Positions 14,929 to 23,363 of a stretch of DNA of 64,000 nt are shown here, one piece after another; position 1 is the stretch's first letter, and every line of letters begins with the position of its first letter. A program made the translations under genes and the position numbers. The notes below the pieces were generated by a model. It did not search any database. It worked only from the letters and a program-made list of their open reading frames with translations, and was not told the origin of the DNA. The DNA is from Candidatus Krumholzibacteriota bacterium. Lineage in GTDB: Bacteria; Krumholzibacteriota; Krumholzibacteriia; JAJRXK01. The stretch is taken from contig CAVXTH010000009.1 of the NCBI GenBank assembly GCA_963764625.1, positions 864,001 to 928,000 of the forward strand, read 5' to 3'.

Positions 14929-15997
14929 TCAGCCGCTCGATCGCGCGCGAGGCGAGGCCGAAGCGGAGCGATTTCGTCTCTGCACCAGCTGACCGCAGGC
15001 TGCCGCGACCTCACCGCCAGCGCTGTCTCTCACGGTGCAAACGATTCCCGCGGCCCACAGACGATCCGCGAAGCGCTTCACTCGTTCGGCGGAAGGCCGC
15101 TTGCCGCTGAAGCCCTCGATTTCGTTGAGGGGAATCAGATTTACCTTGAACAGACCTCCGCGCGCGAGAGCGGCGAGGCGCTCGGCCGCTTCCTCGTCGT
15201 CGTTGTCGCCGGCGATGAGGACGCACTCGAGGGTGAGCTTGCGGGCCGTGCGTCGCGCGTAAGCCGCGCCTAACTCGAGGACCTCATGCATCGCCTCCAC
15301 TCCGGCCACCGGCATCAGGCGGCGCCGGGCATCGGGCGAGGCGGTGGTCAGCGAAAGAGCCAGCCCGTAGGGCCGCTCTAGCTCGTGAAGTCGACGCATT
15401 CCCTCCAGCGGTCCGCTGGTCGAGATCGTGATGTGTCTGGCGCCGATGGCCAGCCCTTTGGGATGCGAGAGGATTCGCAGGGCCTTCTTCAGATTGTCGA
15501 AATTGTCGAGCGGCTCGCCCATTCCCATGAACACCAGATTCGCCTGGCGAGAAGTGGGATGAAGTCGCGAGAGATGGATCACCTGCGCCACGATCTCTCC
15601 CGGTTGCAGTTGGCGACGCAGGCCCATGCGCGCTGTCGCGCAGAACACACAGGCCATGCGACATCCCACCTGAGTGGAGAGGCAGAACGTCCGACGGCTC
15701 GTCTCCATCGCGATGGCCACCGACTCGATTCGCTGCTGATCTCGCGAGTTCGAAGAGGTGCTTCACCGTTCCATCCGCCGCTAGCTTCTGCCCGACCTGC
15801 CGGAGGCGAGTGAATCCGTACTCGCTCTCCAGTCGACTCCTCAAGCCCAGGGGCAGGGCGCTGAGTTCTTCGATCGACTTGGCTTTTCTCTGGTAGATTC
15901 CATGCGCGAGCTGTCGGCCGCGGTAGGGAGCCTCACCCAGCGAGACGAGGAGCTCTTCCAGCTCCTGGGGGTTGAGATCGTGCAGACGAGGAGGCAT
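14929..15997 (-). CDS. rlmN: Dual-specificity RNA methyltransferase RlmN (frameshift near 15730)
   Basis: CLSTQVGCRMACVFC, MGMGEPL, AACGQL; N-terminal half is in ORF 15284..15997. Confidence 0.93.
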
Positions 15998-16073
15998 GGT
16001 GAACTCGCGAGCCTTGACAGTCTCCGGGATGCAGGATCAAGTTGCTAGCAAACTCGAGGGAGAACTTTGGAAG

Positions 16074-16460
16074 ATGGCTAAGAGTATAGAAGGAACCAAG
16101 ACCAGCGGCGAGGACGGTCTGGCCCAGCTGCTGGCCGCGGCCGGAGACGATCTCCGCCTGAGGATCCTGGAATTCGTTGCCCGCGAGCCGAAGTCCGTCT
16201 CACAGATCTGCCAGGAGCTGGAGGCGGCGCAGCCGAGGGTCTCGCACCATCTGGGGATTCTGCGCCGCTGCGGCCTCTTGTCGGTAAAGACCAAGGGACG
16301 GCAACGAGTGTATCGGTGGGCGCAGCCGGGTGGCGGCTCGGCGGCGTTCGATCTACAGACTCTCTTGCGGCGATGGTTGGGCTTGCGCGAGGGCGCCCAT
16401 GCGAGGGCCGAAAAGCCCGGCGGGGCCGAGAGTCAGCAGCTCGAAGATTTTCTTCTCTGA
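16074..16460 (+). CDS. ArsR/SmtB-family HTH regulator
   Basis: LRLRILEF...SVSQICQELEAAQPRVSHHLGILRRCGLL...GRQRVYR. Confidence 0.88.
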   Translation: MAKSIEGTKTSGEDGLAQLLAAAGDDLRLRILEFVAREPKSVSQICQELEAAQPRVSHHLGILRRCGLLSVKTKGRQRVYRWAQPGGGSAAFDLQTLLRRWLGLREGAHARAEKPGGAESQQLEDFLL

Positions 16461-16475
16461 GAGTGGAGAGAGCGA

Positions 16476-17897
16476 ATGGATTCCAGGAAGGGACGGATCC
16501 TCATCGCGGATGACGACTCGGGACTGCGCGCGATGGTGCGGCAAGTCCTGGAATACGATGGCTTCGAAGTGGTCGAGGCCGAGGACGGTCCCCATGCGCT
16601 AAGGGAGCTGCGCAAGGGAATCTGCGAAGTCTTGTTGCTGGACGTCAAGATGCCGGGGATGGACGGCTTCGAGGTCATGAGCGCGATGCAGAGCGAAGGC
16701 CTCGATGTTCCGGTGGTGGTGATCTCCGCGCACGAGGCGGTCTCCAACGCAGTCGAAGCGATCCGGCGCGGGGCCTACGACTTCCTGGAAAAACCCTTCA
16801 AGCGGGAAGCGCTGAAGGTGCGGGTCCAGAAAGCGCAGGAGCACATGCGCCTGAAGCGGGCGAACCGGGAACTGGCCGAGTCTTCCGCCCGCGGCGGCGA
16901 GATCATCGGGGACGGCCCCTCCATTCGCCACGTGAAGGAACTGCTCGAGAAAGTCGCGCCAACTCCGGCCAGAGTTCTCATCACCGGAGAAAACGGAACC
17001 GGCAAGGAGCTCCTGGCCCGAGCGATCCACATGCGGTCCTCGCGCGCCAGTGGGCCGTTCGTGGAATTGAACTGCGCTGCGATTCCGGGCGATCTCATCG
17101 AGAGCGAACTCTTCGGTCACGAGCGCGGAGCCTTCACCGGAGCCGAACGCCGTCGGCTGGGCAAGTTCGAGAGGGCCGACCGCGGGACGATCTTCCTGGA
17201 TGAGATCGGGGACATGAGTCAGGCCGCGCAGGCGAAGGTCTTGCGCGCGTTGGAGACCTCGACCTTCGAGAGGGTCGGAGGGCAAGATCTGATCCACGTG
17301 GATGTCCGGGTGATCTCGGCCACGAATCGGGAGCTCCAGAATGAGAGCTCGGGTTTCAGGGAGGATCTGTTCTATCGACTCAACGTCATCCAGATCCACC
17401 TGCCTCCTCTGCGGGAACGCCCGGAGGACATCGAGGGTCTCTTCCTCCACTTCCTCAGGATCGCGGCACTGGAGATGGGACAGAGAGTGAAGGGGGTGGA
17501 CGATGGGGTGCTCGAGATCCTGAAGCGACAGCCGTGGCGGGGGAATATCCGTGAGTTGAGAAATCTGGCCGAGCGCCTGGCCATCGTGGCTCCGGACGAA
17601 AAGATCCACGAGGCGGATTTGAGCGTGCTGGCCGGGAGTGAGGCCACGAAAGGCGAACACGAGGACGTGTTCGCCAGCTCCACCTTCAACGAGTTCAAGG
17701 CGGCCAGCGAAGCCCTGTTTCTGCAGGGAAAGCTGCGGGAGTTCAGCTACAACGTGAGCCGAACCGCCGAGGAGCTGGAAATGCAGCGAAGCAATCTCTA
17801 TAAGAAGATCCAGCGCTACGACCTCGGACCTCCGGCTGAGCGATTTGTCCGGGGGCGCTTGACCCCGTGCACTGGAGCTACGTATTGTGTACACTAG
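16476..17897 (+). CDS. Sigma54-dependent response regulator (NtrC/NtrX family: REC-AAA+-HTH); true stop may be slightly earlier
   Basis: ILIADDD, LLDVKMPGMDG, GENGTGKE, ELFGHERGAFTGA, FLDEIGD, FREDLFYRLNV, HTH. Confidence 0.95.
   Translation: MDSRKGRILIADDDSGLRAMVRQVLEYDGFEVVEAEDGPHALRELRKGICEVLLLDVKMPGMDGFEVMSAMQSEGLDVPVVVISAHEAVSNAVEAIRRGAYDFLEKPFKREALKVRVQKAQEHMRLKRANRELAESSARGGEIIGDGPSIRHVKELLEKVAPTPARVLITGENGTGKELLARAIHMRSSRASGPFVELNCAAIPGDLIESELFGHERGAFTGAERRRLGKFERADRGTIFLDEIGDMSQAAQAKVLRALETSTFERVGGQDLIHVDVRVISATNRELQNESSGFREDLFYRLNVIQIHLPPLRERPEDIEGLFLHFLRIAALEMGQRVKGVDDGVLEILKRQPWRGNIRELRNLAERLAIVAPDEKIHEADLSVLAGSEATKGEHEDVFASSTFNEFKAASEALFLQGKLREFSYNVSRTAEELEMQRSNLYKKIQRYDLGPPAERFVRGRLTPCTGATYCVH
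17859..17888 (+). promoter_or_regulatory. Putative sigma70 promoter for the small secreted-protein gene
   Basis: TTGACC-N18-TATTGT about 105 nt upstream of ATG 17993. Confidence 0.45.
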
Positions 17898-17992
17898 ATT
17901 TGGGCAAGGGCCCGTGTGAGCGGAATTGGTCTGCCGTAGGCGATCGGGAGCTGTCGGCCAACGCCGACACGATTGCCTGAGGAGATTTGATC

Positions 17993-18343
17993 ATGATCAG
18001 CAATAGGAAAGCCCTGACGATCGTAAGCGCTCTCTTGATCTTCGCGACAGCGTGGCTGGTGACCCCGGCCAGCGCGAAGGAAATGAGTCTCCGAATCGAT
18101 GCGACCGACGGCGCTACATCCTACTCCGGCTCCGGGTAAGCACGACTGGGGGCGGCGGAAGTTTCATCAAGGGGACTCCGACGACGGAGAACGGAGATCC
18201 CGATGAGCTGACCGGAGGCAACCTGTCGGTCTGGGCTCCGACCAGCCCGAGCTTCGCAAGATTCGTCCGTGCTGGTGAGTCTTTGGCGGGGACTGGTTAG
18301 CTGGATCCAGGGCAGTGCAAACCGATTCGTGGAGGCACGCTAG
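17993..18343 (+). CDS. Small secreted protein / putative signalling-peptide precursor (48 aa to TAA 18139 as written; about 117 aa if homopolymer frameshifts are corrected)
   Basis: GAGGAG RBS; MISNRKALTIVSALLIFATAWLVTPASA signal peptide (ASA/K); continues across frames as VSTTGGGGSFIKGTPTTENGDPDELTGGNL...SVLVSLWRGLVSWIQGSANRFVEAR. Confidence 0.7.
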
Positions 18344-18419
18344 GACAGTACGAGTTCGAGGAATCTCGCTTTTCTCAAAGCGGTATCTCTAGTTGAACCC
18401 TTCTCGCCCAAGGGATGCC

Positions 18420-21400
18420 ATGCAGGAGTTTCGAGAGGGAGAAGAGGGCCACGGGCCTTCCTCCTCAAGTCCAAGCAATAGCGCTGAAAATCCCGCTCTG
18501 CTGCGGACCGAGCAGGTGGGGGATCTCCACTATGACGGCGCTGCTTACTCCTCAGCCATGGAGTATTACCGTTCTGCGCTCCGCAGCGGAGCGGAGTTGA
18601 GTAACGTGCCCGCCGAATCGGTCGCACGACTGCATCGCAAACTCGCCGATTGTTTTCTCCAACAGGGACTCCCCAGCGAAGCCGCGCGCGAACTGGGCCG
18701 GGCCGAGAGGCTTCTGCCCGACTCCGCCGGTCTCGCGCATGCCGTACTGCGGGTCCGTAGGGCCCTGGTGTGCTTTCGGCAAGGCCGGTACCGCAAGGCA
18801 CAGGCACTGGCCATGGAGGGGTTCAGGGAGCTGGCGACCTCCGACCGTCACCGCGAGGTCGGAAACGCCCAGATGATTCTGGGAAACTGCGCCATGCGGC
18901 TCGGGCGCCTGGAGAAAGCCGATGAGTTCTTTCAAGACGCGCTGGCCACCTTCCGGCGCGTGGACCTCCCGCTAGGACAGGCGCAGGCGCTCATCAACCT
19001 CGCGACTCTGGCCAAGAACGAATGCCGTTGGGCCAGCGCCCTGCAGCTCTTTTCCAAGGCGGAGGCCATCGTCAGAGATCGCGGACATTCTCACGAGCTC
19101 GCGGTGTTGCACAACAGCATGGCGGTGCTCTATCGCAAGATGGGACGCCGGGCCGAGGCCATGGCTCAGGTGGAACGCGGTCTCGAGTTGGGCCGCAATC
19201 TCGGCGATCAGAGTCGACTCACGCGCCTGCGCCTCTTGAAGGGGCAGATCCTGGTGGATGAGGGTCGCTTCGCCGAGGCCGAACAGAATTTGCTCGAGGC
19301 CCGGGTCCTGGCGGAGCGGAGACAGACCGGCCGTGATCTGGCACTTGCGGACGAGTTCTTGGGCGACCTCATGGCAGCGCAAGAGCGCTTCGAAGAGGCC
19401 GAACTCAACTACCGTCTGGCCGAAAAGCGCGCCCAGGCCATGGGTCCCGCCACCGACATCCAAGCCGAGGTTCTCAGACGCCGCGCCGAACTCGCGCTTC
19501 GTCAGGGCGACTCGAGCCGGGCCCTCTCCCTGGCGAACCAGGGCATCCGCGTCGCCGAGGCCTGTGGTGAACGCTTCGAGCTACCCTTCTTCGAAAGGGT
19601 GATCGGTCTCGCGCTCGCCGGGCGCGGGGAGTATCAGCCCGCCCGCGACGCGCTCGAATCGGCTCTGGCGCGCGTGAGTGAATACCGTCTTCCGGTGCAG
19701 ATGCGGAGGATCCTGCGGGACCTGGCCCATCTACACATGCGGCAGGAGGGCCGCGAGTCGCTGCTTCTGGCTCGCACCCGGTTGCGGGAAGTGTCGGAAA
19801 TCGCCGACGAGAACAGCGAGTACTCCCCCTGCCAGGTTCAGTTGGATCTCGCGCGCGTAGAGTTGAACCTGGGCGAGTTCGATGAAGCGCTCCTCGCGCT
19901 CTATGAGCTCGAGCGACTGTCTTGCATGGGAAGTCACGATGAACTCGCGCGGGACGTCCAGGCTCTGCGATCTGAGATCGAAGACGCCCTGTCCCAGGAC
20001 GCGGAGGACATCTCCTCGCACTATCAGGCTCTGGCGGATCTGCCCGAACTTCTGGATGGCGACAAACCGGACGCCGAGCGCAACTTGAGAACCATGCTGC
20101 TGGCTTTGGCCGATCGCCTCGCGGCGGATCGCGCGTTCTTGGCGATCCAGGAGGGCGACGGCGTCCCGCGGATTCTCTCGAGTCATCATCTGCCGCGCGG
20201 ACGGGCCGCGGGCATTGCGCGCCACGTGCTTTCTCTCTTGGATGCGGCCAGTGGTCCCAGAGTGTGGACGAATCCGCAGGCGGACGCGGCGTGGAGCGGG
20301 CTCGGCGCGGAGGAATTGCGCGAGATCCAGACCGCGGCGGCCCTCTCGCTGGGACGCTCCGGTACCCTTCAGGCCCTCATGTACTTCGACTGTCAGCCTC
20401 GCAAGGGGGCCCGGCGCGGCTTCAACAACGAAGCGCTCGCGGTGGCCGCGAGCTACGTCGAGCTCCTGCGCGCTCCGATCTTCGATCTCGCGCGCGGAGG
20501 ACGGGCCGCTACGGGCAACCGCGCGTTCCTGCTGGAAGAGGCCTTCGAGAACATCATTACCGAGAGCGACGCGATGGTGGAGGTCCTTCGTCTCTGCGCG
20601 AAAGTCGCGCCGACGCCGTACTCGGTTCTCTTCACCGGAGAGACGGGAACCGGCAAGGGCCTCTTGGCCTACGCGGTTCATCGCTTCAGCCCGCGCGGAC
20701 AGAAGCGCTTCGTCTCCTTGAACTGCGCGGCCATGCCGGAGAGCTTGCTCGAGAGCGAGCTGTTCGGACACGTGAAGGGCGCATTCACTGGAGCCAACCG
20801 GACCCACAAAGGGCTCATCCCGGGCGCCGACGGAGGTACGCTCTTCCTGGACGAGATCGGGAAGATGAGCTTGCCCATGCAAGCGAAGCTCCTGCATTTC
20901 CTCGACAGCAAGGAAGTGCGACCAGTCGGGGGCGGGGAGAGCCAGATCGTCGACGTGCGCGTGCTCAGCGCCAGCATGCGCGATCTGAAAGAGATGGTCC
21001 GGCAGGAACTCTTCCTGGAAGATCTCTACTATCGTCTTCTCGATTTCCCCATCGACGTGCCCCCGCTACGCGATCGCGCGGATGACATCCTCCTTTTGGC
21101 GCGGCATTACCTCGACCGCGTCTGTGGTGAGTTGGGCCGCCCGATTCCCCAGATGACGCGTGGGTTCGCGAGTGGCCTGAGGTCGTACTCGTGGCCGGGA
21201 AACGTTCGAGAGCTGGAGAAGGTGATTCGGCGCGCGGTCATTTTGAGCGTGGGCGAGGATCGCTTGCAGGCTAAGGATCTCCCCGACTCCTGCCGGGGCA
21301 AGCTCGCCGCCGAGGGAGAGGACCAGCCGGTCAATCCCATCCAGCCTCTGAAGGACGAAGTCGCCGAGTTCGAGAAAGTGCTGCTGGAGAGAGCACTCAC

Positions 21401-21503
21401 CAGTTGCGGGTGGAATCGCAGTGAGGCGGCGCGACGCTTGAAAATCAGCTATCCCACCATGCTGCAGAAGATCAAGCGCTACGGTCTGAGTATTCCCAAC
21501 TAG
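18420..21503 (+). CDS. TPR-repeat + GAF-like + sigma54 AAA+ + Fis-HTH enhancer-binding protein
   Basis: Many TPR-like helical repeats (e.g. AQMILGNCAMRLGRLEKADEFFQDAL); GETGTGKG, ELFGHVKGAFTGA, FLDEIG, WPGNVRELEKVI, WNRSEAARRLKISYPTMLQKIKRYGL. Confidence 0.92.
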   Translation: MQEFREGEEGHGPSSSSPSNSAENPALLRTEQVGDLHYDGAAYSSAMEYYRSALRSGAELSNVPAESVARLHRKLADCFLQQGLPSEAARELGRAERLLPDSAGLAHAVLRVRRALVCFRQGRYRKAQALAMEGFRELATSDRHREVGNAQMILGNCAMRLGRLEKADEFFQDALATFRRVDLPLGQAQALINLATLAKNECRWASALQLFSKAEAIVRDRGHSHELAVLHNSMAVLYRKMGRRAEAMAQVERGLELGRNLGDQSRLTRLRLLKGQILVDEGRFAEAEQNLLEARVLAERRQTGRDLALADEFLGDLMAAQERFEEAELNYRLAEKRAQAMGPATDIQAEVLRRRAELALRQGDSSRALSLANQGIRVAEACGERFELPFFERVIGLALAGRGEYQPARDALESALARVSEYRLPVQMRRILRDLAHLHMRQEGRESLLLARTRLREVSEIADENSEYSPCQVQLDLARVELNLGEFDEALLALYELERLSCMGSHDELARDVQALRSEIEDALSQDAEDISSHYQALADLPELLDGDKPDAERNLRTMLLALADRLAADRAFLAIQEGDGVPRILSSHHLPRGRAAGIARHVLSLLDAASGPRVWTNPQADAAWSGLGAEELREIQTAAALSLGRSGTLQALMYFDCQPRKGARRGFNNEALAVAASYVELLRAPIFDLARGGRAATGNRAFLLEEAFENIITESDAMVEVLRLCAKVAPTPYSVLFTGETGTGKGLLAYAVHRFSPRGQKRFVSLNCAAMPESLLESELFGHVKGAFTGANRTHKGLIPGADGGTLFLDEIGKMSLPMQAKLLHFLDSKEVRPVGGGESQIVDVRVLSASMRDLKEMVRQELFLEDLYYRLLDFPIDVPPLRDRADDILLLARHYLDRVCGELGRPIPQMTRGFASGLRSYSWPGNVRELEKVIRRAVILSVGEDRLQAKDLPDSCRGKLAAEGEDQPVNPIQPLKDEVAEFEKVLLERALTSCGWNRSEAARRLKISYPTMLQKIKRYGLSIPN

Positions 21504-21704
21504 CCTCGCCCTGACCCATCAATTCTCTTGATAGGCGTTAAGTCCACTGTTCATAGGGCCTTGGTTCCAAGGCTCTTCTCCATCCTATCAAAGAACTTTC
21601 CAACCGAATCCCCGGGCGCGAGGCACCGCGATCCGAGCTGCGGACAGAGCTTGCAACTCATTGAATTCCAATGAGATAGGAATGCCGCTGCACGGCGGAC
21701 TCGC

Positions 21705-21720
21705 TGGCACGGGGACTGCA
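21705..21720 (+). promoter_or_regulatory. Sigma54 (-24/-12) promoter 1
   Basis: TGGCACGGGGACTGCA = GG-N10-GC; AT-rich palindrome CTCATTG-AATTC-CAATGAG (21657-21675) and ATCAA-N5-TTGAT (21518-21532) upstream. Confidence 0.75.
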
Positions 21721-21730
21721 ATGGGGAATG

Positions 21731-22115
21731 GTGGCTGGAGTCACTTAGGCAATCGTGGTCCGGTCGTCCAGTTGGCCCTTGGGGCCGCAAAGCTATCGGA
21801 GGACGGGGTGGGAACGCTCCTCTCCGTCAACCGGCTGAAAGAGGTTGTTTTCCATCAATTCGGTCCGTCGGTTCGTCAGCACGAGGTGGGGTCGGGCTGA
21901 GGATTTCGGCGGAAGCTAGGAAGACAGCGCTTTCACACCGTCCTCCGAAACATCCCATGGGATGCAGTGAGAGAGGTCAAGGAGAGATCCGACACGAGAC
22001 TCCCCGGCATCCAGGACTGGCGAGATCCTGGAGCGGCCAATCAGGGGAATGGTCTGGTGAACCACTCACCGAGATCCTATGGTTGCGAGAGCCGTCCCTG
22101 TGGGACGGCTCTCGT
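21731..22115 (+). ncRNA. Putative sigma54-dependent structured non-coding RNA (about 385 nt)
   Basis: Starts just after the sigma54 promoter; no credible ORF; 23-nt long-range stem 21796-21818/21926-21948; ends in a perfect 13-bp hairpin at 22086-22114. Confidence 0.55.
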
Positions 22116-22354
22116 GCGTCCGGTCCCCACCTCGCGCCGACACCGCAAGCCCTCGGGTTGCGAGCTACCGCCAGCCCCTGAGTGTCTCCTCCCGGAGACG
22201 ATTCTATGTCCCGATGGCGACAACTTCCGCCCCGCAGTCTCCTGGTCTTCATCCTTTCGGAGGGGGGGGGCGGCGTGATTGAGGATTTGAAACCATTGAA
22301 CAACAAGGGCTTATGAGCCTATCCGGGGTTGCAGCCGAGCCGACTCAGAGGCGG

Positions 22355-22370
22355 TGGCATGGCGGCTGCG
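22355..22370 (+). promoter_or_regulatory. Sigma54 (-24/-12) promoter 2
   Basis: TGGCATGGCGGCTGCG = GG-N10-GC, 55 nt upstream of ATG 22425; IHF-like CAACAAGGGCTTA and TGTC...GAC palindromes upstream. Confidence 0.65.
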
Positions 22371-22424
22371 AGGCATGGGGCAAGGGACGGGGATGCGGAG
22401 GGCCTTCGGACGAAGGAGAGAGCC

Positions 22425-23363
22425 ATGAACAGAGCCAGCAACAGACAGTCTCGAGCCCGCCGGTGGCCGCTTTCGAGCGCGGTTCTGGTGCTCTCGCTCG
22501 CGCTCTTGGGCCTCCTCTTCGCGGGATGCGACGAGAACGACGATCTGGTGGACGTCACGCCTCCGGCCATTCCCAACGGGGTGAGTTCGATCACCGGGGA
22601 TTCGGTACTGTGGGTGATCTGGAACGCCAACCGCGAGCCCGATCTGGCCGGTTACCGGGTCTACTCCACCACCCAAGTCGACGGGAATTACGATCCGGTG
22701 AACTGGCAGCTGCTGCTCGAGGTGGGCAGCCCGTTTCCGGACATCCCCAACCTGGTCAGCTACGAACCCAATGCGAACGAGGGAAAGCCCTATCTGGTCT
22801 TCGAGGATCACACCGTCGACAACGGCTATGACTACTATTACGCGATCAGCGCCTTCGACGACGCGGGCAACGAGAGCGCTCTCTCCACCGACTACGTGGT
22901 GGACACTCCGCGGCCGGAGGGCGAGATCACCCTCAGCGCGGCCAGCGTGGATTCCTCGCGCGCCGGATTCGACTTCAGCGAGGAGACGAGACGGTATCCG
23001 GCCGACGTGTTCAGCGATTGCAGCTTCGATATCGTCAACGGAATCCCTCTCTTCACGGCCCAGGCCCCCTGGGTGAGGATGCAGGATTATGGGGACGTGG
23101 ACTTCGACACCGCCAGCTGGGCTCCCGAGTTCGGCTGGTCACAGGCCGGCGTGATGGAGGCGATCGAAGGTCACAGCTACTTCTTCGAGATCGTAGATGG
23201 GCAGCAGCTCAACTACGCCAAGGTTTTCGTGGAGACCATTTCGCAAAACAACGGCACGATTAAATTGATGTGGGGCTACCAGCCCGTCGAGGGTCTACCC
23301 GAGCTCAAGCGGCCTCAGGCGGCTCTTCCGCCGCGAGGTTCAGGGAAGGAGAGCTCACAATGA
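22425..23363 (+). CDS. Lipoprotein with FN3-like domain
   Basis: Lipobox FAG/C; PPAIPNGVSSITGD...WNANREPDLAGYRVY...YYYAISAFDDAGNESALS. Confidence 0.82.
   Translation: MNRASNRQSRARRWPLSSAVLVLSLALLGLLFAGCDENDDLVDVTPPAIPNGVSSITGDSVLWVIWNANREPDLAGYRVYSTTQVDGNYDPVNWQLLLEVGSPFPDIPNLVSYEPNANEGKPYLVFEDHTVDNGYDYYYAISAFDDAGNESALSTDYVVDTPRPEGEITLSAASVDSSRAGFDFSEETRRYPADVFSDCSFDIVNGIPLFTAQAPWVRMQDYGDVDFDTASWAPEFGWSQAGVMEAIEGHSYFFEIVDGQQLNYAKVFVETISQNNGTIKLMWGYQPVEGLPELKRPQAALPPRGSGKESSQ

Noticed and set aside
21745-21800. Resemblance to a c-di-GMP-I riboswitch (GGCAA...GCAAAGCTAT)
   Set aside because: The GAAA-tetraloop P2 stem and the 3' closing elements could not be found
21731-22115. tmRNA, RNase P or SRP identity for the putative ncRNA
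   Set aside because: No tRNA-like ends, no GAGGAAAGTCC, no recognisable SRP domain; 6S cannot be fully excluded without an Rfam search
21551-22306. Short ORFs in the region after the TPR activator (62-109 aa)
   Set aside because: No appropriate RBS/start pairing or protein-like features; RNA structure explains the region better
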